Shown here in pieces: positions 53,095-64,000 of a stretch of 64,000 nt of DNA (its first letter is position 1; every line of letters starts with the position of its first letter). This stretch comes from an uncultured Planctomycetia bacterium (lineage in GTDB: Bacteria > Omnitrophota > Gorgyraeia > Tantalellales > Tantalellaceae), in assembly GCA_964572255.1 (NCBI GenBank), contig CAZNEE010000001.1, positions 66,223 through 130,222 of the forward strand. Direction: 5' to 3'. Below the pieces are notes generated by a model. The model saw only the letters and a list, made by a program, of their open reading frames with translations, did not search any database and had not been told where the DNA came from. Position numbers and translations under genes: made by a program.

Positions 53095-53916
53095 ATGCTA
53101 AGACCCGAAGATTTTTTTGATCTCAGCCGGACCGGATATGCCGATCTCTTTGACGGGGTTGAATACGTCTGGGAAGCTTTGAGCAAATTAAAGGGTTACA
53201 TAAAAGAGAAGATCTCGCCTAATATGCCCAAAGTGGTTTCAAAAGGGAGTCTTATAGATTCCACTATTGTCATATATAACGGTAAGGTGATCGAGGGTGA
53301 ATTTTGCGTGGAAATGGGAAATGCCTCGAAAGGTGAGCTGGTCGTTAAAAAGAACGGTGAAGTTCTGTCCGGTGCGTCGATAATTTGCGCCGGTGCCGTT
53401 CTTATGGATGATATAGAGATAGGAAAAGGTTCCATCATCGAACCGGGGGCATTGATAAAAGGGCCTACTATAATAGGAGATAATACGGAAGTACGTCAGG
53501 GTGCTTATATCAGAGGGAACGTGCTTGTTGGTTCCGGATGTGTTGTCGGGCATACAACAGAGATGAAATCCGCTGTCATGCTCGGTGAAAGCAAAGCAGG
53601 GCATTTCGCGTATATCGGTGACAGTATTTTAGGCAAGGTTAATCTTGGCGCGGGAACGAAGCTTGCTAATTTAAAGATCACTGATACGGAAGTCATTCTT
53701 AGGATAAAGGGCAAGAAATATGAAACCGGCCTTAGGAAATTCGGTGCGATTTTGGGGGATGGGGTGGAAACGGGTTGCAACACTGTAACGTCACCCGGGA
53801 CAATTCTTTCCAAGGGCGTACTTGTTTATCCGAATTCCATGGCCAGCGGGTATCATGAGGAGAATACGATAATTAAATTAAGACAAAAACAGGAAATCAA
53901 AAAGAAGGGCGAGTAA
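53095..53916 (+). CDS. Hexapeptide-repeat acetyltransferase, stand-alone GlmU C-terminal-like (glucosamine-1-P acetyltransferase candidate)
   Basis: LbH repeats, HFAYIGDSILG, NLGAGTKLAN and TGLRKFGAILGD. Abuts glmM; no nucleotidyltransferase domain. Confidence 0.8.
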   Translation: MLRPEDFFDLSRTGYADLFDGVEYVWEALSKLKGYIKEKISPNMPKVVSKGSLIDSTIVIYNGKVIEGEFCVEMGNASKGELVVKKNGEVLSGASIICAGAVLMDDIEIGKGSIIEPGALIKGPTIIGDNTEVRQGAYIRGNVLVGSGCVVGHTTEMKSAVMLGESKAGHFAYIGDSILGKVNLGAGTKLANLKITDTEVILRIKGKKYETGLRKFGAILGDGVETGCNTVTSPGTILSKGVLVYPNSMASGYHEENTIIKLRQKQEIKKKGE

Positions 53917-55266
53917 ATGGGAAAATTATTCGGAACGGACGGAATAAGGGGTATAGCGAACAGCGCACCGATGACTGTCGATATGGCGCTGAAAGTCGGA
54001 CAGGCGGTCGGTTATCTTTTCAGGAGAAGAGGCAATCACTCCAGGATCCTGATCGGCAAAGATACCAGGCTTTCAGGATATATGCTGGAAAACGCTATAG
54101 CCTCGGGAATAAACTCCATGGGAACAGATGTTATTTTTGTCGGTCCCATGCCTACGCCGGGGATAGCTTTTATTACCGAAAATATGGACGCGGATTGCGG
54201 TATTGTCATTTCTGCTTCTCACAATCCTTTTGCAGATAACGGAATAAAGATATTTACTCCCGAAGGCCTAAAACTTACAGATGATCAGGAGCAGGAGATG
54301 GAAGAGTTGATCTCATCAAGTCGGCTCTCAACGCTCTTGTCCCCTCCGGAAGAGATCGGAAGGGCCTGGAGGGAAGAAGACGCTTTAGGCAGATATATAG
54401 TGTTTTTGAAGCATACTTTCCCCAGATACATGAATTTGAAAGGATTTAAGATCGTTATGGATTGCGCTAACGGCGCCACTTATAAGGTTGCTCCCACGCT
54501 TTTCAGGGAGATGAGGGCCGAGACCGTTAATATGAACGTGAACCCCAATGGTGAAAATATTAATCTTAACTGCGGTACGCTTCATCCCGAAAATCTTGTT
54601 AAAAAAGTTATACAGGAAAATGCTGACATCGGGCTTGCTTTTGACGGAGACGGGGATAGAGTGATCGCGATAGATGAAAAAGGCGGGATACTTACGGGAG
54701 ATCAGATGCTCGCTATTTGCGCGAAAAGGATGAAAGACGAGGGAACTCTCGCAAATGATCTTGTTGTATCGACAGTTATGAGTAACATAGGCTTTATACG
54801 CGCGCTTGAGGAGATAGGCATCAGAAATGTCCAGTCACAGGTCGGGGACAGGTATGTACTTGAAGAGATGCGCAAGAACGGAGCGGTTCTGGGCGGAGAA
54901 GATTCAGGGCATATTATTTTCGCCCAGCATCATACGACCGGTGACGGCATTCTTACGGCGCTTCAGCTTTTAGCTGTTATAAAGAAGGAAGATAAACCGC
55001 TTTCCGAGCTTAAAAAGATCATGAAAGTATATCCCCAGATCCTTATTAACATAGATGTTTCGGAAAAACCGCCGCTTGATACCGTGCCGGAGATACAAAA
55101 TATAATAAAAGAAGTCGAGAGCGAACTGGGAGACAACGGACGGGTACTTGTCAGATATTCAGGCACACAAAATATGTGCAGAGTGATGGTCGAAGGTCCA
55201 ACAGAAGATACCACTAAAGTATTGGCGCAGAAAATAGCCGATGTTGTCAGCACAAGGTTAAGATAA
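53917..55266 (+). CDS. glmM: Phosphoglucosamine mutase
   Basis: FGTDGIRG, ISASHNP, DGDGDR, GGEDSGH and VRYSGT. Confidence 0.95.
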   Translation: MGKLFGTDGIRGIANSAPMTVDMALKVGQAVGYLFRRRGNHSRILIGKDTRLSGYMLENAIASGINSMGTDVIFVGPMPTPGIAFITENMDADCGIVISASHNPFADNGIKIFTPEGLKLTDDQEQEMEELISSSRLSTLLSPPEEIGRAWREEDALGRYIVFLKHTFPRYMNLKGFKIVMDCANGATYKVAPTLFREMRAETVNMNVNPNGENINLNCGTLHPENLVKKVIQENADIGLAFDGDGDRVIAIDEKGGILTGDQMLAICAKRMKDEGTLANDLVVSTVMSNIGFIRALEEIGIRNVQSQVGDRYVLEEMRKNGAVLGGEDSGHIIFAQHHTTGDGILTALQLLAVIKKEDKPLSELKKIMKVYPQILINIDVSEKPPLDTVPEIQNIIKEVESELGDNGRVLVRYSGTQNMCRVMVEGPTEDTTKVLAQKIADVVSTRLR

Positions 55267-55302
55267 GAGACGGTTTAGCGTATATTAATATAGTATTTTT
55301 AC

Positions 55303-55331
55303 TTGCATCATTATATATCTATTGTTATAAT
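55303..55331 (+). promoter_or_regulatory. Putative sigma70 promoter for the tRNA pair
   Basis: TTGCAT (55303-08), 17-bp spacer with TG, TATAAT (55326-31), ending 15 nt before tRNA-Lys. Confidence 0.7.
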
Positions 55332-55346
55332 ACGCACCGATAAGGT

Positions 55347-55422
55347 GCCCGCATAGCTCAGCTGGCAGAGCAACTGACTCTTAATCAGTGGGTCCAAGGT
55401 TCGAATCCTTGTGCGGGTACCA
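55347..55422 (+). tRNA. tRNA-Lys (anticodon CUU)
   Basis: 76-nt cloverleaf: acceptor GCCCGCA/TGCGGGT, anticodon arm ACTGA-CTCTTAA-TCAGT, T-loop TTCGAAT, encoded CCA. Confidence 0.96.
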
Positions 55423-55458
55423 AAGTTAGCCTAAAACACAGTTTATTAATGATTGCGA

Positions 55459-55534
55459 GCGGGTGTAGCTCAGTTGGTAGAGCATCACGTTGCCAACGTG
55501 ATTGTCGTCGGTTCGAGCCCGATCACCCGCTCCA
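55459..55534 (+). tRNA. tRNA-Gly (anticodon GCC)
   Basis: 76-nt cloverleaf: acceptor GCGGGTG/CACCCGC, anticodon arm TCACG-TTGCCAA-CGTGA, T-loop TTCGAGC, encoded CCA. Confidence 0.96.
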
Positions 55535-55584
55535 TTTTCATCTATCCCTGGAATTTTGATCAAACGATACAAGGAGCGAGAGGC

Positions 55585-56058
55585 ATGAAAATCAGTGAGA
55601 TGTTAAGCGGCAATGCTATTAACGTTGATTTAAAAGCTACCGATAAAGAAGGTATTATCGAAGAACTTGTCGATCTTTTGGTGTCTTCCGGCAGCATAAA
55701 AAAAGCTCAGAAAGAAGAAATATTATCCAAGCTCAAAGAAAGAGAAGTACTTGGGTCCACCGGTATCGGTAAAGGAGTGGGGATTCCTCACGCAAAGAGT
55801 AAAAGCGTCAAAAAAATGATCGCGGCTTTCGGCGTATCTAAAAAAGGCGTTGATTTTAAATCGCTGGACGGCTCTCCGGCAAATATATTTTTCCTTTTGA
55901 TCGCCCCCGGAGAGACTCCCGGACCTCATCTTAAGGCATTGGCGAAGATATCGCGTTTACTTGATGATAAATTTATCCGTGAAAGGTTGCGTTCAGCTGC
56001 TTCAACTAAAGAGGCCATTAAGATCATGATAGATGAAGAGCAAAAAGCCGCCCAATAA
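55585..56058 (+). CDS. PTS EIIA component (Ntr/fructose-mannitol family)
   Basis: RE..GSTGIGKGVGIPHAK (phospho-His) and HLKALAKISR. Start moved to ATG 55585 (after AAGGAG) because the longer ORF overlaps tRNA-Gly. Confidence 0.9.
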   Translation: MKISEMLSGNAINVDLKATDKEGIIEELVDLLVSSGSIKKAQKEEILSKLKEREVLGSTGIGKGVGIPHAKSKSVKKMIAAFGVSKKGVDFKSLDGSPANIFFLLIAPGETPGPHLKALAKISRLLDDKFIRERLRSAASTKEAIKIMIDEEQKAAQ

Positions 56059-56082
56059 AAAAATGATATTTAGGAAAAATTA

Positions 56083-57330
56083 ATGAAGAACTTGAAATGG
56101 CTTTATCCAGGAATGCTTATCAAACGATGGATAGCTCTCGCTGTATTCGGCATGCTGATGGTATCGATGGGTTTTGTCATAGTTATTTTTGAACGCAGCC
56201 CGGAGAACAAGTCAGTTGCCGGCCTTATTATAATCCTTGGAATAATCTGCGTAATAATATCCGTCAAAAGGATATTAAAAACTTTCATGACGGCTTTGGC
56301 TTTGGAACCGGTAATTGACAGCAATATCGTGGATAAGATCTATGCTAAGCGTATTCTGGAAAAAGGCGCTAAGATCGTTGTAATAGGGGGAGGCACGGGC
56401 CTGTTCACGCTTCTTACGGGCCTCAAACAAAGGACAAGCAATCTTACCGCTATTGTCACGGTCGCGGATGAAGGCGGGTCGTCCGGCCGTCTTAGAGAAG
56501 AGTTGGATGTTCTGCCTCCGGGAGATATCCGTAACTGTTTGGTGGCTTTGGCCGATTCTGAAGATCTCTTAAGATCGCTTTTCCAGTTTCGCTTCCAGGA
56601 AGGAAAAAGTCTGTCCGGACATAATTTCGGCAATCTTTTCATAAGCGCATTATCCAAAGTTACGGGGGATTTCAACCGGGCGATCAAGGAATCAAGCAAG
56701 GTTCTTGCTATCAGAGGCAACGTATATCCCGCTACATTGCAAAAGGTAAGACTTGTAGCAAAAAGGATCGACGGCAGAGAAACGGTGGGAGAGAGCCATA
56801 TAAGGGAAGAAAGAGAAAGTCCTATCGATCGGCTGGTTATTTCACCGGCTAATTGTGCTGCGACGCGCGAATCCGTCGAGGCAATACGCCGAGCTGATGC
56901 GATCATTCTCGGCCCGGGCAGTTTATATACAAGCGTTATGCCGAACATAATCATCAGCGGCATCAAGAATGAGATCATTAAGTCAAGAGCGGCAAAAATT
57001 TATGTATGCAATGTCATGACCGAACCGGGTGAGACGGATGATTATTCGGTAAGCGATCATGTAAGAGCCATAATTAAACATACGGATTCCGGTATGGTGG
57101 ATTATTGTATCGCCAATGTTTCGTCTATTCCCCAGCACTTGTATGATAAATATAAGCTTGAGGACAAGCATCCCGTTCAATTGGATGAAAAGGATGAAAA
57201 ATGGTTCAAACAGAACAAGATAAAATTGGTAAAGGCACGCATAGCAAGTATGGAAGAGTTTGTCAGGCATAACTCCGATAAACTTTCCGATGTGATCATA
57301 GAGATAATAAGCAACCGGCAAAAGAGGTAA
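56083..57330 (+). CDS. yvcK: YvcK/GlmR (CofD-like UPF0052) family protein with two N-terminal TM helices
   Basis: IGGGTG, VTVADEGGSSGRLR, PPGDIRNCL, GHNFGNL and GPGSLYTS. Confidence 0.9.
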   Translation: MKNLKWLYPGMLIKRWIALAVFGMLMVSMGFVIVIFERSPENKSVAGLIIILGIICVIISVKRILKTFMTALALEPVIDSNIVDKIYAKRILEKGAKIVVIGGGTGLFTLLTGLKQRTSNLTAIVTVADEGGSSGRLREELDVLPPGDIRNCLVALADSEDLLRSLFQFRFQEGKSLSGHNFGNLFISALSKVTGDFNRAIKESSKVLAIRGNVYPATLQKVRLVAKRIDGRETVGESHIREERESPIDRLVISPANCAATRESVEAIRRADAIILGPGSLYTSVMPNIIISGIKNEIIKSRAAKIYVCNVMTEPGETDDYSVSDHVRAIIKHTDSGMVDYCIANVSSIPQHLYDKYKLEDKHPVQLDEKDEKWFKQNKIKLVKARIASMEEFVRHNSDKLSDVIIEIISNRQKR

Positions 57331-57336
57331 TTTAAA

Positions 57337-59367
57337 GTGAAAAAAGCTAAATTGGCAATGGCGTTTCATTGTTATCAGCCTGTCGATAATTTCGACTGGA
57401 CGATCGAAGAGGCTTATCAAAAAGCATATAAGCCTCTTGTGGAGACGCTGGAAGGGTTCCCGGCCATCAAAGCGTCATTCCATTTTTCAGGCAACTTGCT
57501 TGAATGGCTGGAGAAAAAACATCCCCGTTACATTGATAAACTTTCACTGCTTCTCAGAAAAGGGCAGATAGAACTGATCGGCGGCGGGTTTTGCGAGCCT
57601 ATAATGGCTTTGATCCCTGAAAGGGACAGGAGGGGTCAGATAGAAAAAAACGAGGGAATTCTTAGAAGAATATTCAAGGCGGAACCAAGGGGGGCATGGA
57701 TCACTGAAAGGGTATGGGTCCCGGAGCTTGCGGATACTTTATTATCCTCAAATTTTGAATATACGATACTTGATGATTATCATCTTTTTCAAGCCGGGAT
57801 AGAAGCCGATGAGGTGTTTAATCCATACCTTGTTCACGGCAAAAACGGTTCTTTGACATTTTTTCCGTCATCGACAAGATTAAGGTATTACATACCGTTT
57901 AGGACGCCAAAGGCGGTCATTAATTATCTGAAGGACGTGACTCAAAACAGCCTTAACGATATTTCCTGTTTCTTTTTTGCAGATGATGGGGAAAAGTTCG
58001 GATTCTGGCCGCATACACACTGGTGGGTTTATAAGAAAAAATGGCTCAGCAATTTTTTCTCCGCTTTGGAAAATAATTCAGATTGGCTCCAGACCCTTAA
58101 ATATTCCGATGTGAAAGATAAAGTATCGCCAAAAAAAGCAATAGACATCCCGGAATCAAGTTATGCGGAAATGACGGAATGGAGCGGGGGGAATTTTAAA
58201 AATTTCCTCAAGAAGTATCCGGGGTCTCACCGCATGCACAGAAGAATGATGTCTGTCAGCGACAGGATCGACAAGATGAAAAGCCTCGCGACCCGTCAGG
58301 TCGAGGAAGAAAAAATAGACAAGGCGCAGACCGAACTTTATAAAGCACAATCCGGTTGTGCTTACTGGCACGGTACTTTCGGAGGTTTTTATTTTCCGCA
58401 CTTAAGGTCCGGCATTTACGGGCATTTAATCAAGGCGCAGAGTATCATAGACCTGATGAACCGGGAAGGGACCAAACACGTGAAGTCCATTGAACACGAT
58501 ATGGGCGGTTCAAAACAAGAGACGATCATACGTAATAAATTCATAGATCTCTTTGTAAAATCCCATAATGGCGGGGCGATAAGTGAATTGGACTTTAAAC
58601 CTTTCAATGTCAATTTGATGAATACCATATCACGGATCAGGGAAGAGTATCATAAAAAGCTGAAAAAAGGGTACAAAAGACGTATCAAGCATGCGCGAAA
58701 AAGCATCTTTAAAGGCGAATTTACCGATATTCATGATCTTTTAGGCATTAGCGAAAAAGGGCTTAAGAAAATGATGTTTTACGATGATTACCAGCGGGCA
58801 TCTTTTCTTACCCATGTTTTGAAGAACGGAAGATCATGGAAAAGCATGAACAGGGGAATAACGAGCGAGGTGAAATTCCTTGAAGGCGCGTATTCTTCGG
58901 AGATCAGTGACAGCGGAGATAACATAATACAGACTCTGCGAAAAAGAGCAAAAGTGTTTATGGATAACAGCAGGTCCTTTGATCTGGAAGTCGTAAAGGA
59001 TATAAATGTCGGTACGGACGCGGGGGCGGAATTTTCTCATAAGATCATAAAACATTTCGGCAGCGACCTCCCTTTAAAATATGCCGTGGAATTCAATTTT
59101 TCCATTAAAGATAAAGATACTGCTTCGAAGCCGCGTCTTGAAAGGACTGATAACCTCAAGTTCCATGATGAGTATTCAGGACTTGATCTGAAGTTTTTCC
59201 TTAACAGAGAGTTTACGGTGTTCACCTATCCGATATATACAGTCAATGAATCGGAAGCGGGGCTTGAGAAGATTTATCAGGGGATATCGATATTGATCGG
59301 AGAAGATTGCGTTTTGGCTCGTGACGGAGATGAACGCAGCATGCAGATTAAGCTTGAAATAGCATAA
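57337..59367 (+). CDS. GH57 alpha-amylase / 4-alpha-glucanotransferase
   Basis: FHCYQP, WITERVW (nucleophile Glu), DDGEKFG (acid/base Asp), AYWHGTFGG and the C-terminal SEAGLEKIYQG motif. Confidence 0.85.
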   Translation: MKKAKLAMAFHCYQPVDNFDWTIEEAYQKAYKPLVETLEGFPAIKASFHFSGNLLEWLEKKHPRYIDKLSLLLRKGQIELIGGGFCEPIMALIPERDRRGQIEKNEGILRRIFKAEPRGAWITERVWVPELADTLLSSNFEYTILDDYHLFQAGIEADEVFNPYLVHGKNGSLTFFPSSTRLRYYIPFRTPKAVINYLKDVTQNSLNDISCFFFADDGEKFGFWPHTHWWVYKKKWLSNFFSALENNSDWLQTLKYSDVKDKVSPKKAIDIPESSYAEMTEWSGGNFKNFLKKYPGSHRMHRRMMSVSDRIDKMKSLATRQVEEEKIDKAQTELYKAQSGCAYWHGTFGGFYFPHLRSGIYGHLIKAQSIIDLMNREGTKHVKSIEHDMGGSKQETIIRNKFIDLFVKSHNGGAISELDFKPFNVNLMNTISRIREEYHKKLKKGYKRRIKHARKSIFKGEFTDIHDLLGISEKGLKKMMFYDDYQRASFLTHVLKNGRSWKSMNRGITSEVKFLEGAYSSEISDSGDNIIQTLRKRAKVFMDNSRSFDLEVVKDINVGTDAGAEFSHKIIKHFGSDLPLKYAVEFNFSIKDKDTASKPRLERTDNLKFHDEYSGLDLKFFLNREFTVFTYPIYTVNESEAGLEKIYQGISILIGEDCVLARDGDERSMQIKLEIA

Positions 59368-59648
59368 TGAAAGTACAAAAAGACATAATAGTAAAGAATA
59401 AAACAGGCCTACATGCCAGGCCTGCCGCTATGTTCGTGCAGATCGCTAACAAGTATGACAGCGATATTACCATAATAAAAGAGGATCAGGAAGTTGACGG
59501 CAAATCAATAATGGGGATATTGATGCTGGCGGCAGAGAAAGGTTCGGCTATAACTATAGTTGCGGACGGTGATGACGCTGAAAAAGCGGTAGAAGAGTTA
59601 TCCAAAATGCTGCTCAGTGATGAGATCGATGTGAATAAAGTAGGGTGA
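59367..59648 (+). CDS. ptsH: Phosphocarrier protein HPr
   Basis: GLHARPAA (His15) and DGKSIMG (Ser46). Confidence 0.95.
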   Translation: MKVQKDIIVKNKTGLHARPAAMFVQIANKYDSDITIIKEDQEVDGKSIMGILMLAAEKGSAITIVADGDDAEKAVEELSKMLLSDEIDVNKVG

Positions 59649-59661
59649 AAAGGACAGATTT

Positions 59662-62215
<2,554 letters not shown>

Positions 62216-62227
62216 AAGGAGAAAGAA

Positions 62228-64000
<1,773 letters not shown>

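Noticed and set aside
55347-55534. tRNAs as an integration site for an island or prophage
   Set aside because: No integrase, no duplicated tRNA 3' end noticed, and both flanks are housekeeping genes.
55453-55584. N-terminal extension of the PTS EIIA ORF
   Set aside because: It is a translation of tRNA-Gly; the RBS-supported ATG is at 55585.
62216-62227. SAM riboswitch before metK or SAH riboswitch before ahcY
   Set aside because: The intergenic gaps are only 12 and 26 nt.

Overview
Bacterial genomic window, almost entirely coding on the + strand. The giant-gene architecture suggests Candidatus Omnitrophota (OP3), but this is an inference and was not verified. Bases 1-42.6 kb hold an array of membrane or secreted giant multidomain genes. 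(i) The 3' part of a >3,460-aa protein that enters from outside the window: ABC1/UbiB-like kinase, two tandem lysozyme/lytic-transglycosylase-like domains, HExxH motifs and a GNAT-like motif. (ii) A ~534-aa signal-peptide protein with a transglutaminase-like Cys-His-Asp triad. (iii) A 10,132-aa protein: TraB/ChaN-like N-terminal domain, six membrane-delimited HEAT-repeat cassettes, then six tandem MoxR/midasin-type AAA+ modules, an HExxH domain, a D/E-rich tract and a vWA/MIDAS domain, i.e. the layout of eukaryotic midasin/Rea1. The giants contain internal signal-peptide-like segments with SPase I-type sites, and the three genes share a C-terminal motif, which suggests processed polyproteins. 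Next come a polysaccharide deacetylase, a 153-bp nested-palindrome element, polX and ligA. A 1,832-aa polymorphic-toxin-like protein follows; it carries a C39 peptidase directly ahead of its own double-glycine-type cleavage site and has no adjacent immunity gene. The window ends in a housekeeping block: GlmU-like acetyltransferase, glmM, tRNA-Lys, tRNA-Gly, PTS EIIA, yvcK, GH57, ptsH, ptsI, a nucleotidyltransferase, metK and partial ahcY. All domain calls come from motif reading by eye; no database searches were run.
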